DNA of 51,659 nucleotides from Psammoneis japonica (lineage: Eukaryota), in NCBI GenBank assembly GCA_008632985.1, contig QPGO01000128.1, forward strand, positions 186,001 through 237,659, in the 5' to 3' direction. The notes below the pieces were generated by a model that saw only the letters and a program-made list of their open reading frames with translations, was not told where the DNA came from and ran no database searches. The translations under genes and the position numbers were made by a program. Every line of letters starts with the position of its first letter. Position 1 is the stretch's first letter. Shown piece after piece: positions 1 through 11,773 of the stretch.

Positions 1-136
1 TCCTGCCCAATGGTTGCGATGTGCCACTCTGCTGTGAATTCACAACGCAGCATGCATGCAGACAAAAGGTTGTTTTTGTCACGCCCTTTGTGACATTTAA
101 AGGCTGTAACACGTCGCCGTGACACACCAACTCTTG

Positions 137-1058
137 TCAGCAGCTGCATGTTGCACCGGGCTTTGCTGCTGGGGCTTGAACATTTCTTGCTTGACACGAT
201 CGTTTCTTGTGGAAAAAGAACATGGCCCCAATGGTGGCTGCACTTGACACGGCAACCACCACGGCAATGACTGCAGAATTGACTCCACCCGAATGTTCAT
301 CGGGACTCGTTGAAGGGAAAAATGTTGGTTCACACGAGGGAGAACTGGTGGGTTCCATGGTCGAAACACACCTGTTGGCCATTTTGTTGGGCTCACAGAT
401 GGTGTTTTTGCAGGTGCAACAAAAGGAACAAAACTGGAGGGTGATGTTGGAAAAAAGCTTGGAGGGTCAGTTCCCTCAACAACTTTTGATTCGACATGAA
501 AGGCTTCCAGCACATCGGTCAAGCCCGCTTCATTTGGCCTGTCCATGGGTTCGTCCAGATCAAAGTTGACTTCGTCACGATGTTCTCTTGGCAACCAACT
601 TGCATTTGTGTGAAACAATTTGTAAGATGCTGCACAATCCACTTCCAATGCCAGTTCCTGAAGTCCCCTGCTGGCAAGAGAGTGGGTCAAGGTGCGACGA
701 ATGCGTTCAACCCAGTGTGGTTCCATCCAGAGATGCCTCCGTGTGATTCCACCACGTCTGATTGAGAAACAAATGCTGTCACATTGATGCGGTCTTCAAC
801 TGCAATGTCAGGGGCACAGCCTGCCACCATGGATTCAAACATCTTTTTTTCCGTTTCATTGAAGGGACGCACATCTCCCATTTGGAGCTGCTGTTTGAAC
901 GATCCGCGGGGCCGCTGCACAAATTCAAAGGTTGGCACCACCGTTGGAGAGTAAGACGGTGTCGGTGACGGAGCCAAGGTCTGACTTTTTGAGTGCGAAG
1001 TGATGAAACCGATCAGAAAAACTCTGTTGAATAAAACGCGGGACAACATCTTGGCCAT
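137..1058 (-). pseudogene. Degenerate gene for a type-I membrane/secreted protein (signal peptide, PSPTPS linkers, extracellular domain, TM helix); may continue beyond the left edge
   Basis: ORF 687-1061 gives an N-terminal hydrophobic stretch then TLAPSPTPSYSPTVVPT. ORF 137-382 gives EPTSSPS..PSTSP, a TM segment (VIAVVVAVSSAATIGAMFFF) and basic HKKR. The reading frame is broken several times and the region nearly lacks TpA. Confidence 0.55.
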
Positions 1059-1555
1059 CAAAGAGAAAGGTTCACGATTCCTCCCTTTGGCTTGTTGGAA
1101 GTCGTGTCAGTTGGTGCAGTGGGGCAATCGTTTGCGATGCCAAAGTTGGGTCTCGGAGTGCGTCTCGGCGGTGCTTCACGGAGAGTGTGAGAGAGTTACG
1201 ATGAACGACGAACCACGACCATGTCACAGCGGGATGATGCGGATAATGGATGCGAACGCGAATCCAGAATCGGATCGAACTCACAATGCGCAGGGAGCGC
1301 AAATTGTGACGGCGAGAAGAAGGAAACGAGCCTTCTCAAAGTTATTTTATACGTAGTTGAATATATAATATACCGGCGTGATAAAGTGTCGATTTCGTTG
1401 CTTTATCATTGCAACCTGGTATTCCCTAACCAATAAAAAAAATCGCAACAGACTCAAAACCATCATCATCTTTAGATCGGTGTTGTTGCTGTTGTTATTG
1501 CTGTCGTCGTCGCCATACATACCTTACACTAACACTGCTCCACCCTCACACAATC

Positions 1556-2802
1556 ATGTCGTCACTACTTTTGGAAGATTCTCCTTGCGGCTTACCGCAC
1601 GAATTGTGGCATGCCATTTGCGAATATGTGGCAACCGAAGTTTCGGTGCTGTGTTCTCTGGATGCGACTTGCACTTATTTTCGACACCTTCTCACCGATA
1701 CATTTTGGAATGCATTGTCTACCCTAAAATTCGGAACGACACGGGGAAACAAGCGAGCGTATATTTCCGGCATGGCTTTGACTTGTTTGCCACCCACGAA
1801 ACAACAATACGACGGGGCGCTGGTTGGTGGAGATGTAAGCTCGCGAGCGGCATGCAGTGCGGCAAACAAGTCGATCGTGGCGATTGGTATTTATCCTCGA
1901 GCCCTTCGTGTTCGCGAAAACGATCGTACACATTATCCACTGCGCATCTTTTCTCCGAGAAAATGGAATGAATCGCTATTTCTATGGCAAAATGTATCAC
2001 TGGATGGTCCCTGTCTAGCGGTGGAGCTTGTGGGAGACGATGACGCTCCCTGTATTGTGTGTCAAACGTCTCGCTATGATTTATGGGCGTGTCGGGGCTC
2101 GGTCAAAACAAAAATAATTCTGCCCCACGCGGATCGTCCGATTCGAGCCATCAAGGGTTCCAATCGAGGCTTGGTGGTATTGCAGGACGAATGGCTGTGT
2201 TGGTTTGTCATGTCACACGGTGGTATTTTTGTACTGCAACATCACGTGTCGCGAGTGACTGGTTCCGACACGATTGGTTTGTTCAAGGACAAGATTTGTC
2301 ACGTGAGCTATAGCAGAGCCAAGCTTGGCAAATTGGTCGAGATGGATCCTTGGAAGAAATGTTTCAATTTGATTTGGATTTACCCCGGAATCGCACCTTT
2401 AGTTCTGGATGCGTATGCATGTCGGATCGGTACATTGTCGTGACGCCCCGACCCTTTTTGACCACTGATGTGATTCGAGTGTTTGACATTATGGACGGGA
2501 CTCTGTTGCGAACCATCGCCATGGACGACAACTCGGGTGAACACCCCAATTCATTCAACACTCTGTTGCATCCGCACATTGTCAATCCACACTTTTTAGT
2601 CACGGCAACCAAGTACGGTGTGGGCTTGGCGATTTATAATTTATGCACTGGTGCATGGGTCCGATCCATTGTGCACTCTTGTGAACACCAAGTGCATTCA
2701 CTCGTGCGCTTGCCGAGCTTTTCGTACCTGGCCTTTTTAGCCACCTATAACGGTGGTGATCAAGTGGTTTGGAAGTTTGAACAATGCTTCGAATTGGAGT
2801 AG
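1556..2802 (+). CDS. F-box-like protein with a C-terminal beta-rich region; one frameshift near 2325
   Basis: N-terminus LPHELWHAICEYV..LCSLDATCTYFRHLL..FW resembles an F-box motif. ORFs 1556-2443 and 2350-2802 are joined by restoring one base: the paralogue near 10520 reads aagctctggc where this copy reads aagcttggc. Confidence 0.65.
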
Positions 2803-3740
2803 TCGGAAACGAAAAACATGTGAGCTGGGATTGGGAAACGTGTCTTGTAGTGTCAGAGGAACGGCTTAAAATCTCTGCACACTAACTTCTGTAGTATGAA
2901 CTCTTTAAAGTTTATCGTGTCATCTTTTTAGCGGGATATTCTGATATAGCTAGCGAGAGAGTAGTGCAAGGCTCCGAGAGGCTAGGGCCCTAGAGAGTAG
3001 TGTAGCTCTACCCTATAGAGCTGGCTAGAGCAGAGTGTACGAGTAATTTGAAATTGGAACCTCCGTTCCGTACTCAGCAGTAGCGTCCGACAACTGTTTT
3101 CGTACAAAGCCCAGACGGCCCCTGGATTCTTTCTTGAGAAACACCGCATTGGGTCATGCTTTTGAGGTCGCTGTTGAGACGAGTTGCTGTTTGCCTCCCA
3201 CTCCCACTGGCATTTTGTCTCAACAACAAATGCACACCCAGCCTCTTTCTCTCTGTGCAAAGGCACATGGACACTGGTGAACAACGCCACTTTGATTCCA
3301 TGTGCGCCACAAGATCGGCCGCGGAGCTGTTGCTGCATTTCGCCCAAAAAGCAACAAGTGCATCAAGATTTTCCACTTTGCTTGAAAGTTGGTCTGTCAA
3401 GGCAGATGGGTGACACCATCTGTGGTGGGCTTTTGCTCTCAACAAAGAGTTTTTGGGGCAAGGCTGTCATCATCACCCACAAAGAGCAGCGCGGTTGTGA
3501 CGACGTTGCTGCTCTGGCAGCAGCAAAGAAAGGCTGCCTTGAGAGGGCACAGGCTGGCTAAAAAACAAGCCTCGTCAGTTGTCCAAATTCTGCAAAAAGC
3601 TCAGATTGACAGCAGAGGCATCAACAAGTTCAGCAACCCAGATGAAAGCACGGAACAAGAAAAAATGCCTGAAGTTCTTCGCGCAGGCTTCAGCTCTGTG
3701 CAGCATGTGTGCTGTGCTTCCTGCAGTGTGGCTGGTGCTC
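2182..3740 (+). repeat. Segmental duplication, copy A (partner about 10380-11890): F-box 3' half, intergenic DNA and the RSH 5' end
   Basis: Near-identical over 2182-2990 vs 10380-11170. Clearly homologous but increasingly diverged over 3085-3740 vs 11238-11890, e.g. gagaaacaccgcatt, gaggtcgctgttgagacgagttg and caagttcagc(a/g)acccag. Confidence 0.9.
3570..3740 (+). pseudogene. Decayed copy of the 5' end of the RelA/SpoT gene
   Basis: ORF 3579-3860 reads STSSATQMKARNKKKCLKFFAQASALCSMCAVLPAV; RSH at 11774 reads ISSSATQRAWRKRKRSKVLHASAAVIVCVALPVAV. Confidence 0.75.
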
Positions 3741-3979
3741 TTAACTTCAGCACAGCTCTTGCAGACATGGGAGTTCAAGCAACAACAATGGGCATTGGTT
3801 GTGCTGGTGTGCAGAGTGTTGTTTCATGGTCAAAAAACAGCAGCACGGATGACACAATGAAGAATCCTAAGTGGTGCGGAAGAAACAGGTTTTGTAAAAA
3901 CTTGCACCTCATTTTTTCATTGTCTGTCTTTGCCTGTGTGCTGTGGCTTTTGCAAAGGAAAATGCAGTTGTCATCCTCC

Positions 3980-4520
3980 CTTGGTTGGTTCCCAATGCCA
4001 CATTCATTTCTGTTTGACTGTGTGTGCACCTGTGGAGAATGTTGCAAAACAAAAGGGGGCAGCCTCACATCACCCAACAAAAATTTCAGGAGCTGTGGAG
4101 CTGCTCAGTTTGCCACCACAGCAGAACTCTGTGGAGCAATGCACACCCCTTGTTTTGGCAAATGACAACAAGAAAAGCAAGAAATGCTTTTGTTTGAACA
4201 GCCACAAAGGGGTTTTTTGTCATTTTGAATGACTGCAGTCAGTGCACAACATCATTTGCAGTTTGCAAGACATGCCCTCCTGTGCAGCATGCCCCACCTG
4301 CCCCTTTTGACATGGCTGGCCAGGATTTGTGGAGCATCAAAGTGAGAAAGAAACAAGAGCCAAAGGCAGCGACTCCCTGTTGTTGGTCACCAGCTCTTGG
4401 CAATGCAAAGGTTTGCAAATCATTGACAACAAGGACAGCACAGAGAAGCCACCACGGTGGCAGCTCGCCATTGTTTCAAAATGGTGAGTCTGAAGCAGTG
4501 GAAAGGCTTGGAGGAGAGCT
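3980..4520 (+). pseudogene. Decayed paralogue of the YkgJ-type cysteine-cluster gene at 22416-23279, in inverted orientation
   Basis: Frame-hopping peptides FDCVCTCGECCKTKG, EQCTPLVLANDN and MAGQDLWSIKVRKKQEPKAATPCCWSPALG match FDCTACGKCCKTKG, EQYASLVLENDN and MASQDSWNAEVRKPDDKQEPEAIPYWSPTLG. Confidence 0.85.
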
Positions 4521-5069
4521 CTTGTGTTTGTTTGGCATTGCTGTCAACTGCCATGCCATTGCTGCTCATTTGTGCCAAACTGGCATGCCAAGTGAGATCA
4601 AAGCCAGATGGCCAAGTGAAACCAAAAAACAAGTTTGCTGGGCATCATTTGTCCACCACTGGAGTTCATTGACTTGAGCTTGCATCACCACAACTGCACT
4701 GTCTGCTGCATCCTCAGCTTCTCCTGGATTTGAACATTGGGGAAAAGCTGTGGAGTCTTTTGGCTCTGCCCTCTCGAGAGTTGCCAGCTGAGTTTAGAGG
4801 GCAGCCACAATTTGAGCTCACAAAAAAACCTCTCCAGTGGCAGCCAGCCCAGCAGCTTGCACAGTGACAGGTCTTTCTTGGCAGGGGCAAGGCATGTGTG
4901 CCACACATGGCAAGAGAAAGCTCATCCTTTGCTGCATTGGATTGAGCTGCACAGCTGTCTGGTCACATTGAACAGGCACCAGAAGCAACAACTTGCCACA
5001 AGTCCTCTTGTGGAGTCACAGGCTCCCATTTGATGGGCACACAGCAAGAGTTGGTGGCAGCTCTTGATC

Positions 5070-6130
5070 CCCTTGGTTGGCTGCCTGCTCTTAAATTGCT
5101 GGTTGAGGGCTTGCAATTTGCAATGCAGACAAAATCAGTGGGGTTGTCAAAGGCCCAAACTCTTTGATGCAGCTGGGCTCTGCAGATGAGTCAACTGGCT
5201 GCTGCGTGTGTTCCCTGTGGTTGTTGCACCTTGCATGTTGCTGGCTCTAAAGGTGCTTTCTTTGAGTGGCTTTCATTGCTCTCAATGGCACATCTGTCAG
5301 GCTTTGCTGCAAGGGTTTGGCTGTGTCTTGTTCAGCACAGTTGTTGTTTCTCTTGCAGAAAAAGGACATGCCCTCAACAGCAGCCATGTCCTTTTTGACT
5401 TGGCAGCCAACCATGCACAACAATGACTGTGAAGCTGACTCTGCCTGAATGCTCAGCAGGGCTCAACAGGAAAAAGAACTTGGGGTCTACACAGCGGGAG
5501 CTGGTGGGCTCCAATGAGGGAGCCCCTGCTGCTGGGCAGCTGCCAGACTTCCTGATGACATTCTTGCTGGTTCATGGAGGGGAAGAAACTGGGCAATGGT
5601 GTTGGGGTGAAGTTTGGAGGGTTCTCATTTGGCAATTTTTTGCTCCACATGAAATGACTCAAAAACTGTGTGGCCCATGCCTCCAAAGCCCTTTCTTTAA
5701 GTTGTCCCTGCCAGCAAGAAAGAGAGAGGGTCAGGGCATGCCGGCCAAGTGCACTCAACCCAGCATCATTCCATCATCCATCCAGAGACACCCCCACACT
5801 TCCACCGCACATGTGATTGAGAAACAAACGCAGCAGTGTTGGTGCATTTTTTGCCACAACAATGAGGGTGGCACAGCCCATTCCATGACATGCCCAAATG
5901 TCTCTTTTTCTGTTTCTTTGCTCAAAGAAGGGTGCACATTGTCTGTCACATCTGGCTGCTGTTCATGTGATCCACGGGGCCATGTTGAGAAAAATTCAAA
6001 GGTTGGCTCCACTGTCACAGGGGACCAAGATGGTGACTGGGGGGTGGAGCCAAGGTCTGACTGCTTGACTTTGAAATGACAACAACATTTTGAAAACAAT
6101 GCAGTGCGACAACATGCTCTGACAGTGGCC
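5070..6130 (-). pseudogene. More heavily decayed paralogue of the membrane-protein gene at about 1-1058 (direct repeat)
   Basis: Shared blocks: atgcagacaaaa (56/5123), caatgactg..gactc..gaatg (266/5421), aaattcaaaggttggc (921/5992) and ggagccaaggtctgact (970/6046). Translation LGSTPQSPSWSPVTVEPTFEFFSTWPRGS matches LAPSPTPSYSPTVVPTFEFVQRPRGS. Confidence 0.85.
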
Positions 6131-6346
6131 GGCCTTGCAGGCGATTTGGACGTAAAGCGAATCTGCAAAGCCTTTAAAAAGTTAAGTTGCAATGGTGCCG
6201 TCCAAAATGGGAGGCGCGGATCGCACTGTTGGCCAATCGCCAAGCTTCAAAATATGTCAGACAGTCTTGTCATTCCGTCGAAAGGAGGTACCAGGTAGGA
6301 TTAAGGATAGCGATATATTTGTAAGGTATGAGGTGCTATTGTTTTC

Positions 6347-7989
6347 TTAGGAGAATGCGATGATTTGATACGCGGTGTTGCTTGCTAATGGCCACTGAGT
6401 CGCAGTTTGCCCCAGCGTAATGGCATGATTTTTGCGGCAATCGTCAAATTCTTTGCGACACTTTTCAAGGGCAACGTCCAAGTAAGTCCGCGAGCGCGGC
6501 AATGCTGGGTACAAAGCCTTCCGTATAGAGTTCACGAAGACGGTCCTTTTCGCAAGTAGCATCGAAAAACAGCGTGGACAACTCTGCCTCATTGAAGCTT
6601 CCGTCAGCGTTCAAGCCTGCCAAAAGAAGCAAGGTTGTGCGAGATCCCAGCCGCTCGACCAAGGTCCGGATAGTTGCCCTTGGTTTGTGTCAAATCAAAA
6701 CAATAAGCAAGGCGGATTGCGTGAAGGCACTCATCGAGGTGCTCAGGCTTTGAAAATCTGAAACTTTCGTTTTTCTTTCTCCATCCAAACCTACCCGGAA
6801 ACACACCGTCACAGGCAATTTTGATGCTGTCACTCTTCATCATGAGGCGTTCAAACCAGGGCAACAAAACGTGGATGTTGGAACAAGTGATTTTAGGCTG
6901 CACGATTCCAGCTTCAAGAAACTTTGCGACAATGATCCACTCGGACGGATATCCTCGGGAAACTCGACTTTCATTTCCTTTTTCTCCTTCATGTCGTGGG
7001 AAAACATGGCGTCAAAGTACTCACTCGCGTAACAAAGCACGGAGCTCGAATGGTACGATTTTTGATTTCCGACGACAACGGTGACATCTTTTCCCGTATC
7101 TTGTTTCGGCAATGAAGCTGCGGTCCCGTTCTTGGAGAAGAACGACACCAAATCCTCAAGGAACTTCTCCAAGCCAAATGAACCACTGAAAACCAACAAG
7201 TTGAAAATAGGTTCAGGGAGAGAGTGAGAGATAACAATTTCACTAAATCCATTGTCGGTTCAATATAACTTACCCTATAGCATGGTCCTGATTGCACGCA
7301 TCGCACCGTCTCCGCGTTTCATTCGCAAGATCTGAAGCAACGAGCTCGGCGAAACTTGGCACAGAATTGGCCGTGTAAAGAGAGCGAAGGCGGTCTTTTT
7401 TACAGAGAGAATTGAGAAAAAGTCTGGATAATTCAATCTCACCAAGTATGCCTTCCGCATTCCATCCCGCCATCAACGTCAGGGTAACTCGACTTCCAAC
7501 TCGGTGCCGCAAGGACCGAATACTCGCGCGTTTCGTTTTATGGAGATCAAACAGACAAGCAAGGCGGAATGCGCGGATGCACTCATCAATATCCTCAGAT
7601 TTCGAGCTATAAAAGGATCTGAAGCGGAAACTGTTTTCTTTCTCTACTAGCCGGGAGAACTTGTTCGGGTATACATTGTCACACGCTCTTTTGAGGCTGT
7701 CACTCTTCATCTCGAGCCGTTCAAACCATGGAAGCAAGAAATGCACATTATGGGTATAAATATGGGGCTGCGCAACGCCCGCTTCGAGAAACTTGGAGAC
7801 TTGACGCCATTCCGATGGGCGCTCGTTTGGAAAGTCGACTCTCATTTCATTCCCCGTGTCACCGGAGGAAAACAAGTCGTCGAAATACTTGCTCGCATAA
7901 CGAAGCATCGAACTTGAATGCAAGAAGTGTTTGTTACCGACCACAATCGTGACATCCTTTGTGATTTCTAAGCGGCTTGGTAGTGGCAT
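6347..7989 (-). CDS. Protein with two tandem BTB/POZ-like modules; intron 7273-7186; second module has about three frameshifts
   Basis: Both halves have KDVT.VVGN...HSSS.L.YAS.YFD..FS (BTB-like). Donor GG|GTAAGT at 7273 and acceptor TTTCAG at 7186 join ORF 7270-7989 in phase to ORF 6840-7199. ORFs 6604-6903, 6465-6662 and 6347-6592 continue the similarity to module 1. Confidence 0.75.
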
Positions 7990-8589
7990 GGCGTCTCGGT
8001 ACTAGGAGTTAAAGAGCGCCGCAATGATTTCAACACTGTGGAGTCCTCTTTCTGTTGTATAATTGTAGTCGCCGAGAGTATTCGTGTCGATTCGTGTGCT
8101 GTTGTGCCGCAAGCAACGTTTTTTTAATTTTATCTTTCGAGTCGTGTTTCCCCACCCAGTCGCATCGTCCGTTATTCGGTGTTCGCGACTTCCGTTTGTC
8201 AAACTCCCCCGCGTGAAGCACACCCATGATGGCGCAACGATGGCAGTACGGAACGACTCTGCTTCCAAGCCGTCAAAACACCTCCCAATAGACCGTGAAG
8301 AAGGGTAGCCATGGAGTCGTCGAATACAAAGAAAAAGGAATCAAAAGACACACTGAAATCTATCACCGGTCACAATCAACTGCAGAGTGCCAAAAAGTGC
8401 CGCGACGAACTTGGCAGATAGAAACACGTACCGTACTGATCCTTTCGTATGATTGTACATACGGCGGGTTCTCCATGCGATTGTACTGGACGTGATTGAG
8501 ATCCTGCCTGGTGACTCGTTCGACTGCAAAAAGGCGCGGAAGTTTGGAAAGCGATTCCACACATGTTATGAATGCACCATGGTGTTTTG

Positions 8590-10380
8590 GGTTTCAACCA
8601 CCAAAGCTTGTCCCTCCCTCTGGAAAGCTCTATGGTCGAGACAAAGAATTGAGTCTCCTTCGGGCTGCTTTCGACAAGCCAAGAAGGAGGAAACGAATGC
8701 CAATGATGACGAAGAATCTCCAGACAATACTACTCCTACAACTAGCAACATTATTTTTATTGGCGGATCGTCTGGTACCGGCAAATCGGCTCTGATACAG
8801 GCCGCGTTTCATGGTGTGGATGCACTCGAGGGATGCGGAAAGTTCGAACACAACAAGGGAAACGCAGCAGCTCCGCCGTTTTCGGCTGTGGTGCAGTGTC
8901 TATCGGAAGTGTGTGAAAACATGGCACGGCATGATGAGGAGGAATACGCCGGTATTCTTACAGAAACCATTCAGCAAGACGAGTTGGCCGTTCTCGTCAA
9001 TTTAGTTCCAAAACTGTTGATCGTTCTTCGTGATAACATCGACATACAGCAGCAGCAGCAGCAGCAGCACACTTATTCTGGACGGTCCAAGGATGATTTG
9101 GAACGGCTCAAAAGGCTCTTGTGTCTCTTTTTGCAAGCCATTGCTCTCGCCAAACGACCCCTCCTTTTGATACTGGACGATTTGCATTGGATGGATGAAG
9201 CATCTTGTGCGTTATTGAAATCCATTCTTTTCAATTCTCAAATCAAGCACTTGGTCTTTGTCGGATCCTTTCGCAATGACGAAATTGACAGTGACCAGCA
9301 CGTTCTTTCCAAATGGATCATGGACGACGTGAAAAAAAGAATGCAGAAATAGTACCCCCGTCCATTATTACACTCGAGCCACTCGAACAAGATGCCTTGG
9401 AACAGTTGCTTTCCGATTTGCTAAAAAAAGACGACAATGGCATTTCCGAATTGGCCAATGCCATTTACAGCCGCACACACGGCAAAATGTCTTTTTTGTG
9501 TTGCAGCTGCTCGATAATTATTTGTGTTCCATTCGTGGAAGTGGGATGTCACCAAAATACGCAGCAAAACCAATCTATCCGACAATGTTTTGGACATTGT
9601 ATCGGCAAGGATTGATCGCATCAGCGCGCAAGAATGGTCCGTTTTGAAAATTTGCAGCTGTATCGGATTTCGTTTTGACCGGACGGTGCTAATGCAAGTG
9701 TGCGAGGCGTTTCAAGATGAGGCCCTGGCGAATCCACAAAAAAATTTGGAAAGCGTTGTGGAACAAGCCTTGATTGAGCATGTTCGTAATGAGCGATATA
9801 AATTTGTTCACAATCGGTAAGCTATTCGTATTATCGTGTGCTCGGAAAAACCTGACTGTCTTGCATTGAAGAAGCAGCTTACAGTCTTGCCCGATATTCT
9901 TATGATCCATAGGTTACAACAGGCCGCTCTGAAACTCATCCCTGATAAAGAATCTCTTGCGAGATGTCACCTTACTATTGGAACCTGTTTGTGGGACGAG
10001 TATGGGTTGAAAAGTATCATTGCGAACGTCAAAGCACCTCCTGTCGAAGATGGTATTCTCTTTTTGTGTTGCGATCAGCTCAACTCGGGCAAGTCGCTGA
10101 TTGTGGATGACACATTCAAACTAGACCTGCTCCGTCTAAATCTTGCGGCGGGGAAACGGGCTGCCTCGTTCTCTGCTTTTCTCCCGGCCGTTGCATATCT
10201 ACAGAGTGCAGCCGGATTCATAGCGGATCGAGAGACGTTTTGGAAGAAGAGTTATACCCTGTCGTTGGAGTTGTTTACGTTGCTGGCAGAAATGAGTTAC
10301 AACGCCGCCAACACCGACGCTTGCAAGGACGCTGTAGACCAAGTCGTAAAGCATGCGAAATCCATTCAGGATGCCTTTCC
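8590..10380 (+). pseudogene. STAND-class/AAA_16 P-loop ATPase, frameshifted and 3'-truncated
   Basis: KLYGRDKE motif, Walker A GSSGTGKS, Walker B LLLILDDLHWMD, SFRNDE, RTHG, YKFVHNR and LNLAAGKRAASFSAF. Probable intron about 9817-9912. Several frameshifts. The sequence switches abruptly to the F-box duplicate at about 10380. Confidence 0.75.
9047..9069 (+). repeat. (CAG)n microsatellite encoding poly-Gln within the ATPase ORF
   Basis: cagcagcagcagcagcagcagca, translated QQQQQQQH. Confidence 0.9.
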
Positions 10381-11000
10381 AAGACGAGCGGCTTTGTTGG
10401 TTTGTGATGGCGCACGGTGGTAGCTTTGTACTGCAACATCACGTGTCGCGAGCGACTGGATCCGACACGATCAGTTTGTTCAAGGACAAGATTTGTCACG
10501 TGAGCTATAGTAGAGCCAAGCTCTGGCAAATTTGTCGAGATGGATCCTTGGAAGAAATGTTTCAATTTGATTTGAATTTACCCCGGAATCGCACCTTTAG
10601 TTCTGGATGCGTATGCATGTCGGATCGGTACATTGTCGTGACGCCTCGGCACTTTTTGACCACTGATGTGATTCGAGTGTTTGACATGAAGGATGGACTC
10701 TGTTGAGAACCATCACCATTTTGGACGACAACTCTGGTGAACACCCATCATTCAACACTCTGTTGCATCCGCACATTGTCAATCCACACTTTTTAGTCAC
10801 GGCAACCAAGTACGGTGTGGGCTTGGCGATTTACAATTTATGCACTGGTGCCTGGGTCCGATCCATTGTGCACTCGTGTGAACACCAGGTGCATTCACTC
10901 GTGCGCTTGCCGAGCTTTTCGTACCTGGCCTTTTTGGCCACCATAACGGGGGTGATCAAGTGGTTTGGAAGTTTGAACAATGCTTCGAGTTGGAGCAGTT
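10380..11000 (+). pseudogene. 5'-truncated duplicate of the F-box gene (C-terminal half only)
   Basis: ORFs 10353-10706 and 10703-11089 are nearly identical to the C-terminal half of 1556-2802. The F-box N-terminus is absent, and there are single-base deletions near 10693 and 10943. Confidence 0.85.
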
Positions 11001-11773
11001 GGAAACGAAAAACATGTGATTGGGATTGGGAAACGTGTCTTGTGGTGTCAGAGGAACGGATTAAAATCTCTGCACACTACATTCTGTAGTATGAACTCTT
11101 TAAAGTATATCGTGTCGTCTTTGTAGTGGAATTTAGAGTAGTGCAAGGCTTCGAGAGGCTAGATTATGGTAGTGTAAGTCTACTCTCTAGCTAGAGTAGC
11201 TACTCTCTAGAGAGAGAGTACGGTAGCTGGTACCCCAGTCCGACAGCTGTTTTCGTACAACGCCCAGACGCGGGATTCTTTTAGGTACAAATTCTACGTC
11301 ATTCTACGGGTATCTTGCAGTTTGTCGCCGTCATTTTGAGAAACACCGCATTGCATCGTGCTTTGGAGGTCGCTGTTGAGACGAGTTGTTGTGTGCCTCC
11401 CACTCCCGCAAGCGTTTCGTCTCAACAATACCCCACCCGGCCTCTTTGTGTCAAGAACGATACATCGACATTGAACGCCATTTTGATTCACACAGCACAA
11501 GATCGGCTCGACATTGTTGTTGCGTTCCCTCCAAGGCAATAGGTGACGTCACGAGGATTGGCTCTACTTAACCCCAAGAAAGTCGGTCCGTTAACAACAG
11601 GTGGATGACGTATCTCCGGGTTTCTGCCACTACAAAGAATTTTGGGAGTGAGGTCGTCGTCAAAAACGCGGTTGTGTTGCTGCTCTGGAAGTGGAAGAAG
11701 AATTTGCCTGAACGGGGAGTGTAGACTGGTTGAAACGAGCCTTATCGGTTAGCCAAATTCTGTATAAATAACA

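Larger units (their letters stand above)
3110..6150. other. TpA- and CpG-depleted, TpG/CpA-rich hypermutated tract
   Basis: About nine TA dinucleotides found by eye in about 3 kb and very few CG. All six frames are rich in Cys/His/Gln and essentially lack Tyr. Confidence 0.9.

Noticed and set aside
3110..6150. Many overlapping Cys/His-rich ORFs here and in the other tracts as real small or metal-binding proteins
   Set aside because: Loss of TA removes TAA/TAG stops and Tyr codons and inflates Cys/His/Gln in all six frames, so these ORFs are compositional artefacts.
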